In this document: one piece after another, positions 50,632 through 61,421 of the stretch | Numbering within the stretch: position 1 is the stretch's first letter | Layout: each line of letters opens with the position of its first letter | Assembly: GCA_963666285.1 (NCBI GenBank) | Contig: OY762711.1 | Strand: one strand, 5' to 3' | Origin: Sedimentisphaerales bacterium | Lineage (GTDB): Bacteria; Planctomycetota; Phycisphaerae; Sedimentisphaerales; SM23-30 | Length of the DNA stretch: 64,000 bases | Position numbers and translations under genes: made by a program | Notes under the pieces: model-generated | What the model was told of the DNA's origin: nothing | Seen by the model: only the letters and a program-made list of their open reading frames with translations | The model's database searches: none

Positions 50632-52845
50632 TTACTTTTCGAGTATCGTTCGAATATTCTCCGGGTCTGATATCGGTTCTTTACACTTATAGTCTTCACA
50701 GACATACAGCAGGGGACCATTGTCTGCGGGCTGCTGGTTTTGGGTATATGGTGCGATTGTTTCAATTTCAGAAGGTCCAGCCGGATGCGAAACTAAAACT
50801 TTTCTCGGCAGATATATGCCATGGATAGCCTTGAGCATTTCCTTGGCCCGTTCGCTCTGCCGGTCACCTGCCAGCACTATCTCGGTTGTCGGACCGATAG
50901 CATAATCAGCCGCGCACAAAAAGAAGCTGTATGCCGCCGGTGCCTTGGCAACTTCTCCCGAAAACCCACGCCGCAGCTGTTCGGCATAGTCTTCGTAGCA
51001 GGTATCGCCTGTTATGCGTCCCAGTATCAGCAGGTTCATAAACGCCGCCGAATTGCCCGACGGTATCGCACCATCATATAAGTCCTTCGTACGTGCGATC
51101 AGCTGCTCGCCGTCATCTGCGGTGAAGTAAAAGCCGCCGTTTCGCTCATCCCGGAACTTCTCCAGCATTACCCGGTTAATTGCGATAGCGTCTTTCAGAT
51201 GCTCTATGTCAAATCCTGCCTGGTACAGCTCCAGCAGCCCCCAGACCAGAAACGCATAGTCGTCCAGGTTTCCGTTAAACGCCGCCTGACCATCTCGGTA
51301 CCGATGCAGCAGTAAACCGTCCGGTTTTCTCAGCTTATTCTTGATAAAAGCGGCAGCTTTTGTCGCGGCATTATAATATTCAGGCTCGTTCAATACCGCC
51401 GACCCGCGTGCCAGGGCCGCTATCATAAGTCCGTTCCAGTCGGTAAGTATCTTATCATCCTTATGCGGTCGAAAACGCTTTTCTCGCAGCTCAAAAAGTA
51501 TCCTGCCTGCCTCGGCCAGTTTGCCTTGTATCTCTTCTAGCGGTATATCAAGCTCTCGTGCCGTCTGGTCAACCGATTTTGTCATATGCAGTATATTCCG
51601 GCCAGTCTGCCGACCAGTTGCCTCGTCGTGAAAGTTGCCTTTCGGATGACAGTTATACACATCTATCACCAGCCCGGCCAGATTATCCGGCAGTGCTTCA
51701 TATATCTCCGCCTCAGTCCAGACATAGAACTTGCCTTCTTCGCCTTCGCTGTCGGCATCTTCGCCGCAATAGAACCCGCCCGCCGGGTCCGTAAGGTCTC
51801 GCAGTACATAAGTGAATATCTCGCGGGCGATACCGCCATAATATTCATTGCCGCTTACCTGGTATAGCTCCAGGCAGACAAGTGCTATCATAGCCTGATC
51901 GTAGAGCATCTTTTCGAAATGCGGCAGCAGCCATTTACTATCGGTCGAGTATCTATGGAAACCGCAGCCCAGCTGGTCGAATATGCCGCCTTGACGCATC
52001 TTTGTTATGGTTGTCTCTGCCATTGTCAGCAGTTCCGTGTTACCTGTCCGGTGATACTGCCTCAGCAGAAACAGCAGATTGTGCGGTGTTGGAAACTTCG
52101 GTGATTCGCCAAACCCGCCGTTTACGTTGTCGTACATCTTCGTGAAATGTCCGGCAGCTGTTTCCAGTATTTCCAGGTTAAGCTCGATTACTGGTGTTTG
52201 CGATTGCGGCTGGTTTAGTGCCGCTATAATAGAGGCGGCGGATTTCTCGATCTCTTCCGGTTGCTCCTGACATACCTGCTGAACCTTTGGGATTAGTTCC
52301 AGCATTCCCATTCGTCCCATACGTGATGTCCTGGGTATATATGTTCCGGCAAAAAACGGCTTCTTATCCGGAGTCATAATGATCGTTAACGGCCAGCCGC
52401 CGCTGCCGGTCAGCATAGTACAAACCTTCATATAAACATTGTCTATATCCGGTCGTTCCTCACGGTCAACTTTGATATTGACAAACGACTGGTTCATCAG
52501 TGTTGCTACCGCGGCATCCTCGAACGACTCATGGGCCATCACATGACACCAGTGGCATGTGGAATAGCCTATTGAGAGAAATACCGGCCGGTTCAGTCGC
52601 CTGGCAGTCTCAAAAGCCTCTTCACACCATGGATACCAGTCCACCGGGTTGTCCGCATGTTGCAGCAAATAGGGGCTCTTTTCATTTGTCAGCCGGTTCT
52701 GGCGGCCAGTTTTCGTTACAGTTGAATTGTCAGGTTTATCATGCATAGGTATAGTAAGTGTTATTGCAGCTAACAAGGCCGCAATCAGTATATTTCTGTT
52801 AGTTATATTTGCTCCTGGCCGCATGTTATTGCCCTTTATCGGCAT
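50632..52845 (-). CDS. Thioredoxin domain-containing protein (YyaL/DUF255 family)
   Basis: [48 protein letters not shown] and DDKILTDWN. Confidence 0.96.
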   Translation of the reverse strand: MPIKGNNMRPGANITNRNILIAALLAAITLTIPMHDKPDNSTVTKTGRQNRLTNEKSPYLLQHADNPVDWYPWCEEAFETARRLNRPVFLSIGYSTCHWCHVMAHESFEDAAVATLMNQSFVNIKVDREERPDIDNVYMKVCTMLTGSGGWPLTIIMTPDKKPFFAGTYIPRTSRMGRMGMLELIPKVQQVCQEQPEEIEKSAASIIAALNQPQSQTPVIELNLEILETAAGHFTKMYDNVNGGFGESPKFPTPHNLLFLLRQYHRTGNTELLTMAETTITKMRQGGIFDQLGCGFHRYSTDSKWLLPHFEKMLYDQAMIALVCLELYQVSGNEYYGGIAREIFTYVLRDLTDPAGGFYCGEDADSEGEEGKFYVWTEAEIYEALPDNLAGLVIDVYNCHPKGNFHDEATGRQTGRNILHMTKSVDQTARELDIPLEEIQGKLAEAGRILFELREKRFRPHKDDKILTDWNGLMIAALARGSAVLNEPEYYNAATKAAAFIKNKLRKPDGLLLHRYRDGQAAFNGNLDDYAFLVWGLLELYQAGFDIEHLKDAIAINRVMLEKFRDERNGGFYFTADDGEQLIARTKDLYDGAIPSGNSAAFMNLLILGRITGDTCYEDYAEQLRRGFSGEVAKAPAAYSFFLCAADYAIGPTTEIVLAGDRQSERAKEMLKAIHGIYLPRKVLVSHPAGPSEIETIAPYTQNQQPADNGPLLYVCEDYKCKEPISDPENIRTILEK

Positions 52846-53040
52846 ATATCAAAAGACCATATCAGGGTTGGTTGTCAGTTTTATTATAGGTTTGCTCGCA
52901 ATTGATAATCAAATCCGCGGTTTATTTGCTTTTTTTGTAACAAATTGTATTAGTTTGCGTCAATATTATGTATCTTGTATAATGTTTTTATGATTTCAGA
53001 AAAGTTGATGTAATATATTTGCCGGAAGGGGCGTATCGTT

Positions 53041-54642
53041 ATGAAGAATATTATTTTATCGCTACTGGTCATGGCCGTTCTTCCAGCTTATCTCTATGCT
53101 GTCGAAGTTACCGGCGACCTGGTAAAAGATCTTGGCCTTAAGCAGGCAACCGTCGAAGGAGCAACTATATTTTATGACCCTCGCTTTGAAAAACAGCTGC
53201 CGGTATTCGAAAAGATTTATCTGGACTATAGGGCAAAAATGAAAGCCGGGACAGGTTCTGGTGGTGCATTTTTTGAGACTTTCATTGCCAATAAAGATGC
53301 GATTCTTAAAGATATCGCCGGGATTGTCGGCGGTGATCCGAATGATGGATTAGTCACAGCTTCCGGCATGGAACAGATCAACAAACTCGGCTATGATCTT
53401 GCTATGCCGCTGACTGGTACCGGCAACAAAATATACCTGGTTATGCAGACCAGTACCAAGGAGTATCTACGCAGCGGCGGTAAGATCCCGAACATGCAGT
53501 ATGACAAGTCTTCGGATACCGCGTCTTATCAGTTTTTCTTTGAGTTAGGCAAGGATAATTCCTCGAACCAGGAACTGCTTTTCCCGATCGCTTCGCCCGG
53601 CAGGATCAAAGAGGTAGCCGGTTCTATCCTGTTTACTCTGCATGATAAGTTTGGCTCCGGTGGTACGGAAATGGACTATGTTATGATCCACGAGATAGCC
53701 GAGATGACTATTCTGCGACGGCTGAAATGTAACGATCCGTATATACGCTGGTTCTCAGATGGTTTTGCCAATGCTATTACCCGCGAGATGCTCAGGAAAT
53801 ATTTTACTCAAAAAGATGTCGACAGCTTTCTGGATACAAACTCCGCGGCCAAATATGACAGGCTTCGCAAAGAGGCCAACCTGCAGTATTGGATGAGCCT
53901 GAATTATGTTTCGACTAACGACTGGCCCGTTCCTGCCGAAAGCGAGCTTAGCCTGGCCCGCTACTGTTTCGCTACCGAACTGGCATTGCAGATAGTCGAC
54001 GAATTTGGCATCGATTGTGTAAGTAAGATCATTGACAGGCATATTGCTGAAAGGAATGCGAAAAATACCGGAACTATGCCGGCCATAATAGAAAAGGTTA
54101 CCGGCTTTAAGGTCAGCGAAAAAATGCAGCTGTATCAGAACTTTAAGAACTGGCAGGATGGTATTGCATATTACGACCAAAAGCTGGCCGGGATCGACCC
54201 GGAGAAAGAGCCCGATGATAGAATTTTCTATCTTATGCGAAAACTTGAACTGAAAGGGCAGCCATTTATGCCTGACGCCTTGTATATAAGGATGGAAATT
54301 GCTAATCTTCTGTACGACAGCGATCGAAAAGAATTTGCCAAAAGATTCGTCACCGATTTTGCCGACCATCTGTGCCGGTTTTGGGACGATAATATAAAAA
54401 CAGGCGGCAGGGAATTTGCAATCTTTTTCGCACTGGGAGTCGATGAGCCTGCTCTTGCCGTTAGGTATGCCGACGATATGCTGAAAGCTAACCCGGACCA
54501 TACCAACGCCATGACGGTGATTATGAAAACCACAGAAGACAAGGACCAGGCCAGCAAACTTGCCCAAAAGATCATTTCGCTGGAAAAAGATAAGGAAAGC
54601 TTCTGCTATAAGCAGGCCCAGAAAATACTGGAAGAAAAATAA
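53041..54642 (+). CDS. Secreted hypothetical protein with a zincin-like HExxE motif and a TPR-like tail
   Basis: Signal peptide; IHEIAE ... RWFSDGFAN. Confidence 0.85.
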   Translation: MKNIILSLLVMAVLPAYLYAVEVTGDLVKDLGLKQATVEGATIFYDPRFEKQLPVFEKIYLDYRAKMKAGTGSGGAFFETFIANKDAILKDIAGIVGGDPNDGLVTASGMEQINKLGYDLAMPLTGTGNKIYLVMQTSTKEYLRSGGKIPNMQYDKSSDTASYQFFFELGKDNSSNQELLFPIASPGRIKEVAGSILFTLHDKFGSGGTEMDYVMIHEIAEMTILRRLKCNDPYIRWFSDGFANAITREMLRKYFTQKDVDSFLDTNSAAKYDRLRKEANLQYWMSLNYVSTNDWPVPAESELSLARYCFATELALQIVDEFGIDCVSKIIDRHIAERNAKNTGTMPAIIEKVTGFKVSEKMQLYQNFKNWQDGIAYYDQKLAGIDPEKEPDDRIFYLMRKLELKGQPFMPDALYIRMEIANLLYDSDRKEFAKRFVTDFADHLCRFWDDNIKTGGREFAIFFALGVDEPALAVRYADDMLKANPDHTNAMTVIMKTTEDKDQASKLAQKIISLEKDKESFCYKQAQKILEEK

Positions 54643-54644
54643 AT

Positions 54645-54896
54645 ATGGCTATGAACTGGAAAAAAGAACATTCAGATGAAATATTATATCGAATACCTGT
54701 ATTTCATGTAGTTAGTTTTTTTTGCAGTATAATTATGTGCCGTGAAGCTGTATATTTTGGTTTCTTTTTTGCAATACTGGCCGCAATAGTTTCGATTCGT
54801 AATCTAAAAAAAAGCAGTAAATGGAGGTTGGCTGAGTTTGTTTTATTGAGTTTTGCTGTTTTATTAGCAATAGGCTATTGTATAGAGATGGGGTAA
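54645..54896 (+). CDS. Small membrane protein
   Basis: Starts 2 nt after the upstream stop; three hydrophobic segments. Confidence 0.55.
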   Translation: MAMNWKKEHSDEILYRIPVFHVVSFFCSIIMCREAVYFGFFFAILAAIVSIRNLKKSSKWRLAEFVLLSFAVLLAIGYCIEMG

Positions 54897-55035
54897 TTAT
54901 AACTGATTTGAAAATGATTATTATCGCTCAAGTGTGAATTCTAGGTTTAAAGTAATTATTACCTCATATTATGCCGAATGTTATGTTAGTTTGAAATCAG
55001 TAACAGTGGTGATAAATGTGAGGTAAATACAATTT

Positions 55036-55356
55036 ATGGTTGATCAATCTTCAGTAAAACCTATCCCGATATCTCTAAATGCAGTTATTTCGCTTATTTT
55101 GAGTGTTTTTATAGCTTCAACTGCAGTTATCACGCTTTTTACACCTTTTGGCTCTGAGGGTTCGTTAAATTTTCTGCTTTTTTGTGGCCCTGGTGTGGTC
55201 TTAGTTTCTATTCTCTTGGCTATAGCAGCTCTTTTACAGAGATTATTTGTAGCAAGAAAGCTTTGGTGGCTGGCATTTATCAGTATCTTAATGGCTTTGG
55301 CTGGCTTACTGTTAAGCTTTGCTTGGATAGGTTCCGCGGCGTGTAATGCGGCGTAA
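55036..55356 (+). CDS. Small membrane protein
   Basis: GAGGT RBS; three TM segments. Confidence 0.7.
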   Translation: MVDQSSVKPIPISLNAVISLILSVFIASTAVITLFTPFGSEGSLNFLLFCGPGVVLVSILLAIAALLQRLFVARKLWWLAFISILMALAGLLLSFAWIGSAACNAA

Positions 55357-55450
55357 GTTCTGGAAAGTGTGTTATAAAAGTCTTGAATTTGCAGTTTTTA
55401 CTGCAAACTGGCTTAGTAAAAGATAGTTTATAAAATGATAAATTACATAT

Positions 55451-55481
55451 AGACCGCTCGGCGAACCCGGGCGGTTTTTTT
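55451..55481 (+). terminator. Intrinsic terminator
   Basis: AGACCGCTCGG-loop-CCGGGCGGTTT plus a T-run. Confidence 0.8.
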
Positions 55482-55493
55482 ATGTAACTATTT

Positions 55494-55680
55494 TAGTTAA
55501 CTTTCGTAGTTTTTAAGATATAAAAAACGCCTAAGAGGGCCTTCCTGCAACACTTTGAAATAAATATACTTTCGAGAATTAGCTCGGAAATGCAATTAAA
55601 TGAAAAGTCTTTTATTCACAAGGTTCTGTTCCGAGCCTTTTGCATGTAATGTTGAACAGCCAAAAGAGCGATACCGCACT
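55494..55680. repeat. Dispersed structured repeat, copy 3
   Basis: Contains ACTTTCGTAGTTTTTAAG, CGCCTAAGAGGGCCTTCCTGCAACAC, CTGTTC...GAACAG and GAGCGATACCGCAC. Confidence 0.9.
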
Positions 55681-56129
55681 ATCGCTTTGCAGTGTGTATT
55701 TATTTTGACTTTTCCAACTCTGATTATTGGCATCATTGTCGAAAAAACAATATTGCTTCATAGTGATTTTATTGCAAGAGATGTTTTGCAACAGCAAAAA
55801 GACAGAGCAGATAAGATTAAGGTTTACTGGAAAAATAGTTGTTTTCATAACTAAAATAATGCAGCATTGTAACCTTTTGCAAGGAAACCACCTTGGTGTT
55901 GCCAGGTATGCCGGTGGGGTGGACTAAGCGGTGATTGATGTTCTTTTCATGAGTCAGCTTTTTATAAGTTTGTCCTGTATATGGTGTTAAGGTTATTTTT
56001 GGATAGGGTCAGGAAAAATAATCTATAAACTAAAAAAATATGCCGATATCAAAATTGTGGGTATATAATAATTAAGAAAGCAGAATTTATCAGGATTTAG
56101 CATTTCTGTGAGATTTTGAAAGGTCCGAT

Positions 56130-57986
56130 ATGAGTTTAGAACTAAAAAAACAGCTGTCATTTATAGATGTATTTAGTCTGGCGGCAGGCGCGATGATAAG
56201 CTCAGGTATTTTCATTTTACCCGGTCTGGCATTTTCTCAGGCCGGTCCGGCAATGATAGTAGCGTATATATTAGCCGGTCTGCTGGCGTTAACTGGAGTT
56301 TTCAGTGTAGCAGAGCTTTCAACCGCGATGCCACGTGCAGGCGGAGATTATTATTATGTTAATCGCAGTATGGGGCCAATGCTGGGTACCATCTCGGGTA
56401 TAATGAGCTGGTTTGCCCTGTCGTTGAAAACATCATTTGCAATTTTTGGTATTGCAGAAGTAGTATATATGCTCACAGGAGGAGCTATAAATGTAATTTT
56501 GATTTCAATCCTGATTTGCGTATTATTTATGGCTTTGAATATTTTTGGCGTAAAGGAAGCCGCAAAGCTTGAGGTAGTATTGGTAATGTTTCTTTTACTA
56601 TTGATGTGCGGGTATATTGTTTTGGGAATGCGTCATGTTGATGTTATTAAGTTTAAGCCTTTTGCTCCCAATGGTTTTGATTCTGTATTGCTGACATCGG
56701 GTTTTGTTTTTGTATCTTTTGGTGGTTTATTAAAAGTTTCCAGTGTTGCCGAAGAGGTAAAAGAGCCGAATCGCAATATTCCACTTGGTCTGATTTCAGC
56801 GGTATTGGTGGTGACAATGTTGTATGCATTTTTGCTGGTTGTTACGGTTGGGGTTATGCCTGCTGAAAAGCTTTTAAGTTCACTGACACCTATAGCACAT
56901 TCCGCGGAAATTTTTAGTGGAAAACCCGGGTATTATGCTATTACTATTGCGGCGGTTCTGGCTTTTGTCACAACAGCAAATGCCGGTATTATGTCAGCGT
57001 CCAGATACCCGATGGCTTTGAGTCGTGATAAGCTGGTGCCAGAGTTTGTCAGTCATATTAATCCAAGGTTAAACACTCCTGTGCGATCAATATTGTTTAC
57101 AGGTGGTTTTATTATGCTGTCTTTATTTTTGCCGCTTGAAGTACTGGTAAAGGCAGCTTCTACAGTCGTTCTTACGTCATATGTACTTGCTAACCTGGCA
57201 ATAATCATATTACGTGAAAGCAGGTTGCAGAACTATCGTCCTTCTTTTAGGGCTCCGTTTTATCCTTGGGTTCAAATTGTAAGTATATTTATCTTTATCT
57301 ATTTGATTATCGATATGGGAATGGCTACTGTCGAAATCAGCCTTGGATTACTTATTGCCGCTATCTTGCTATATGTATTTTACGGCATGAAACGAGCAAA
57401 TTCAGAATATGCATTTTTGCATTTGATGGCAAGGTTTGGTAATGAAGAGCTTGATTCGTATGACCTTGAAGCTGAATTGCGAAATATTGTTCATACTCGT
57501 GATGATGTGGTAAAGGATAGATTTGACAAAATTATCAGCAAAGCAGCTGTACTTGACCTGGAAGAAGTAAAGGACAGGGCAGAACTGTTTTCCAAGGTAG
57601 CCGAAGTTTTGTCAGAAAGGCATAAAATAGATCAAGGACATGCCTTCAAGCTGTTGAGAGAGCGTGAAAAGGAAGCCAGTACTGTTTTGCTGCCGAATGT
57701 TGCAATACCACATATTATTGTTAATGGTCAGTCAATATTTGACATGGTTCTGGTGAGATGTAAAAACGGAGTTGCTTTTTCTGATGAGGCAAAAGACGTG
57801 AAGGCTGTCTTGATAATTGCAGGAAGTAAGGATGAGCGAAGGCTGCATCTTCAGGCCCTGGCGGCAATAGCTCAAACTATTCAGGAAAAAGAGTTTAATG
57901 ACAGGTGGATGGAAGCCCGCAGTGAAAATCATCTGCGTGATGTTTTTCTTTTGAGCAAGCGATCCAGATTTGAAACGAATAAGTGA
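56130..57986 (+). CDS. APC-family amino acid permease fused to a PTS EIIA (type 2) domain
   Basis: GAMISSGIF.LPG, AEL..AMP.AGG.Y, AEEVK.P.RN.P and about 12 TM segments; C-terminal RE...ST.....VAIPH and HL..LA.IA. Confidence 0.93.
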   Translation: MSLELKKQLSFIDVFSLAAGAMISSGIFILPGLAFSQAGPAMIVAYILAGLLALTGVFSVAELSTAMPRAGGDYYYVNRSMGPMLGTISGIMSWFALSLKTSFAIFGIAEVVYMLTGGAINVILISILICVLFMALNIFGVKEAAKLEVVLVMFLLLLMCGYIVLGMRHVDVIKFKPFAPNGFDSVLLTSGFVFVSFGGLLKVSSVAEEVKEPNRNIPLGLISAVLVVTMLYAFLLVVTVGVMPAEKLLSSLTPIAHSAEIFSGKPGYYAITIAAVLAFVTTANAGIMSASRYPMALSRDKLVPEFVSHINPRLNTPVRSILFTGGFIMLSLFLPLEVLVKAASTVVLTSYVLANLAIIILRESRLQNYRPSFRAPFYPWVQIVSIFIFIYLIIDMGMATVEISLGLLIAAILLYVFYGMKRANSEYAFLHLMARFGNEELDSYDLEAELRNIVHTRDDVVKDRFDKIISKAAVLDLEEVKDRAELFSKVAEVLSERHKIDQGHAFKLLREREKEASTVLLPNVAIPHIIVNGQSIFDMVLVRCKNGVAFSDEAKDVKAVLIIAGSKDERRLHLQALAAIAQTIQEKEFNDRWMEARSENHLRDVFLLSKRSRFETNK

Positions 57987-57993
57987 AAAACAA

Positions 57994-58019
57994 AAAGGCA
58001 GGAAAGATATCCTGCCTTT
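57994..58019. terminator. Bidirectional terminator between the permease and tRNA-Gln
   Basis: AAAGGCAGGA-6 nt-TCCTGCCTTT. Confidence 0.75.
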
Positions 58020-58049
58020 AAAGTTTTTGATACTCCTTGAAAAGGAGAA

Positions 58050-58120
58050 CTGGGGAACTAGGATTCGAACCTAGACTGAATGAGTCAGAGTCATTAGTGC
58101 TGCCGTTACACTATTCCCCA
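58050..58120 (-). tRNA. tRNA-Gln(CTG); CCA not encoded
   Basis: Minus strand reads TGGGGAA-TAGTGTAACGGCAGCAC-TAATGA-CTCTGAC-TCATT..CTAGGTTCGAATCCTAG-TTCCCCAG. Confidence 0.96.
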
Positions 58121-58607
58121 AAATCTGTTTTGCAAGTTGTGTCGTGACATCAACTTCCAACAAGGGACATAATTATATTATACAGAAAAAACATTTCAAG
58201 TAAAAAAAACAAATAGTTAACATAAAGCAAATCAACTGTGTCGGAAGTGTAAAAAATGAGTGTTAATTATGCCGTTTTAGTCCAATAATAATGTTGTTAG
58301 AAAATATTTATTTATTTTTTTAATACCGGATATTCGGACTAAAACTGCGTTATGGTAGGCCCAAAGCTTTGTTTTATACTGTTATGACCCTATTAACTAG
58401 TATATTCGTTTGTTTTTGTCTATTCTCGCAACTATTATAATTTGTGAACTGATATTTCAATATAGAAATAGCTGTAAAATACCGAAAATATCACAGTCAA
58501 GAAGCAATACAGGTATTTAACCTGTTATATGAGAGGAAGTTAATCTTGGCTGTGTAAAAAATATAGATAGTGTTATACCCTTGATTATGGAAAGAGTTGA
58601 GGTAAAA

Positions 58608-61181
58608 ATGCGAAACGTAAAAACATTTGTTGTCGTACCATCGTTACCCTCGGAATTAACCCGTTTAAATGATCTGGCTCAAAATTTGTGGTGGGCCTGG
58701 GATCATGAATGTCTGAACCTGTTCCGCAGGCTTGATAGAGAGCTTTGGGAAGAGTGTTACCATAACCCGGTTAAGATGCTGGGCATGATTTCTCAGGACA
58801 GGCTGGAAGCAGCTCGTCGTGATTCAGGTTTCCTGAGCCACATGGAGCGTGTACTTGAACGCTTTGATGAGTATATGGGCACACCTAAAAAGACAGACGA
58901 GGTGACGGTATATTTCAGTGCTGAATTTGGCCTCAACGAATGCCTGCCGATCTATTCAGGCGGTCTGGGTATTCTGGCCGGTGACCATCTCAAGAGTGCC
59001 AGTGACCTGTCGCTGAACCTTGTAGGTGTTGGCCTGTTATACAGGCAGGGTTACTTCAGTCAGTATCTGAACGCAGATGGCTGGCAGCAGGAATCATATC
59101 CAGAGAATGATTTTTATAACATGCCCGTTGAGCTGATGAAATGGGAAGACGGACGTCCGATCCGTTTCCATATTGATATCGGCGGTAATGACGTGGTTGT
59201 ACAAATATGGCGTGTTGCAGTTGGGCGTATCAGCCTGTATCTGCTGGATACAAATCTACGCTGCAATCGTATCGAAGATCGTCAGATAACAGCCCAGCTG
59301 TATGGTGGCGACAGCAATATGCGTATCCGTCAGGAGATCCTGCTGGGTGTCGGCGGTTACACCGCAATGAAAACCCTGATGATCGAGCCTACAGTATGCC
59401 ATATGAATGAAGGCCATGCCGCATTTATGGCCCTGGAACGCATCAGGCGTTTGATGCTGGAAAAGAAAATGAGCTTCGATCAGGCATTGGAAGCAACACG
59501 TTGTGCTAATGTCTTTACGACACATACACCGGTTCCGGCCGGTCACGATGCATTTTCACCGGCATTGATGGAAAAATATTTCAAGGCGTATCATTCTGAA
59601 CTTGGTATAAACTGGCAGGACTTTTTGGCTCTTGGTCGTGTAAGTGCCGAAGATCTGCATGCACCTTTCAGTATGACTAACCTTGCTCTTAAGACCTCTA
59701 ATTCAAGTAATGGTGTAAGTAAGCTTCACGGTGAAGTTTCTCGTCATATGTGCAGTAACCTGTGGCCGGAAGTACCTGTAAATGAGGTACCTATCGACTC
59801 GGTAACAAACGGTATCCATGTCAAGAGCTGGATCAGCTATGAAATGGCACAGTTATTCGACCGTTATATCGGTCCTGACTGGCGTGAACGCACAGACAAC
59901 CTGGAAGCATTTGGTCGTGTAGAAGATGTGCCGGATGCTGAACTATGGCGTACCCATGAGCGTCGTCGTGAACGCCTGGTATCATTTGCCCGTCGTCGTC
60001 TGCGTCTTCAGATGGCACAACGCGGTGTAGGCCCGGCCGAACTGGCAGCTGCTGACGAAGTGCTTGATCCGGAAGTTCTGACAATTGGTTTTGCCCGCAG
60101 GTTTGCTACCTATAAACGTGCAACTCTGCTGTTCAGGGATAAGGCCAGGCTGGAACGTCTTCTGAGCGATCCTAACAGGCCGGTTCAGCTGATATTTGCC
60201 GGTAAAGCTCATCCGAGAGACAATGAAGGTAAAGATCTTATCAGGAATATCGTACATTATATTCAGGGTTCACACCTGCGTAATAAGGTTGTATTCCTGG
60301 AGAACTATGATATGAATGTTGCCCGTTACCTGGTACAGGGTGTTGATGTGTGGCTGAATAACCCACGTCGCGGCATGGAAGCTTCCGGAACATCAGGTAT
60401 GAAGGTCCTGGGTAACGGTGGTTTGAACGCCAGTATTCTTGACGGATGGTGGTGTGAAGGCTACAGTCCTGAAACCGGCTGGGCAATAGGTAAGGGCGAA
60501 AGCTATCATGACAAGAATTATGAAGATGAGGTTGAATCTCATGCCCTTTATAACCTGCTGGAAAATGAAATAATTCCGACATTCTACGATGTTGGTTCAG
60601 ATAAGCTTCCTCGCAAGTGGATCAGGATGATGAAAGATTCTATCAAGACTATCTGTCCTGAATTTTCAACTATGCGTATGGTTGATGAATATGACACTCG
60701 TTTCTACAGTGCCGCCCGTAAACGCTATCATATATTTAATGCAGATAATTGCAGTAAAGCCATCGAACTGGCTGACTGGAAATCTGCTGTACGCGGCAGC
60801 TGGGGCGAAGTATCGGTAGAAAAAGTAGATATAGTCAATAAGGGTGAGGTGCAGGTAGGTCAGGACCTTGAAGTTCGCTGTCAGGTTAACCTTGGCTCCT
60901 TGAATCCGGATGATGTGATCGTTGAGATCTACCAGGGAATATTAAATACCACACGTTCCGATATTGAAGGCGGAGATGCGGTATCCATGGAATATGTCGG
61001 ACAGGGCAGCAGTGACTCGCTGCATGTCTTCAATGGTAAGATCAACTGTAAGAATACCGGCTTGTGCGGTTTTTCAGTTAGGGTATTGCCGAGTCATCCT
61101 GACATGAATAATAAGTTTGAGACCGGACTTATTAAATGGGATACTCAACCGGCTGATGAAACTTCTGTGCTGCCGTGCTAA
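58608..61181 (+). CDS. glgP: Alpha-glucan (glycogen) phosphorylase
   Basis: YFSAEFG, YSGGLG.LAGD, H.NEGH, FTTHTPVPAG, ARRFATYKR, GKAHP and EASGTSGMK (PLP lysine). Confidence 0.97.
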   Translation: MRNVKTFVVVPSLPSELTRLNDLAQNLWWAWDHECLNLFRRLDRELWEECYHNPVKMLGMISQDRLEAARRDSGFLSHMERVLERFDEYMGTPKKTDEVTVYFSAEFGLNECLPIYSGGLGILAGDHLKSASDLSLNLVGVGLLYRQGYFSQYLNADGWQQESYPENDFYNMPVELMKWEDGRPIRFHIDIGGNDVVVQIWRVAVGRISLYLLDTNLRCNRIEDRQITAQLYGGDSNMRIRQEILLGVGGYTAMKTLMIEPTVCHMNEGHAAFMALERIRRLMLEKKMSFDQALEATRCANVFTTHTPVPAGHDAFSPALMEKYFKAYHSELGINWQDFLALGRVSAEDLHAPFSMTNLALKTSNSSNGVSKLHGEVSRHMCSNLWPEVPVNEVPIDSVTNGIHVKSWISYEMAQLFDRYIGPDWRERTDNLEAFGRVEDVPDAELWRTHERRRERLVSFARRRLRLQMAQRGVGPAELAAADEVLDPEVLTIGFARRFATYKRATLLFRDKARLERLLSDPNRPVQLIFAGKAHPRDNEGKDLIRNIVHYIQGSHLRNKVVFLENYDMNVARYLVQGVDVWLNNPRRGMEASGTSGMKVLGNGGLNASILDGWWCEGYSPETGWAIGKGESYHDKNYEDEVESHALYNLLENEIIPTFYDVGSDKLPRKWIRMMKDSIKTICPEFSTMRMVDEYDTRFYSAARKRYHIFNADNCSKAIELADWKSAVRGSWGEVSVEKVDIVNKGEVQVGQDLEVRCQVNLGSLNPDDVIVEIYQGILNTTRSDIEGGDAVSMEYVGQGSSDSLHVFNGKINCKNTGLCGFSVRVLPSHPDMNNKFETGLIKWDTQPADETSVLPC

Positions 61182-61216
61182 CGGTCTTGTGACTGTTGGT
61201 TATAAACGTATCAGAT

Positions 61217-61262
61217 AAAAAAAGAGCTTGAAGGATAAAACCCTCAAGCTCTTTCTTTTTTT
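61217..61262 (+). terminator. Intrinsic terminator
   Basis: AAAGAGCTTGA ... TCAAGCTCTTT with A-run and T-run flanks. Confidence 0.8.
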
Positions 61263-61421
61263 ACATTGGGTTGTCGAATATTTTTCGAGCCCAAAACTCT
61301 ACTCGCCGTTAGCAGGCATATTTTTGCAATAAAATTTAAGTTGCAAAGCTGAGTTTCTTTGCTAAAAGCTTTCTCACCGGTTTATTGCTATGCCAATAAA
61401 TTCAAATATATTTAGAATTTA

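Noticed and set aside
53755..54567. 270 aa minus-strand ORF
   Set aside because: Antisense shadow of the 53041-54642 CDS.
3271..58310. Recurring TAA-N19-TTA (IHF-like) pattern in many intergenic regions
   Set aside because: In AT-rich spacers a similar number of matches is expected by chance; it cannot be supported without an enrichment test.
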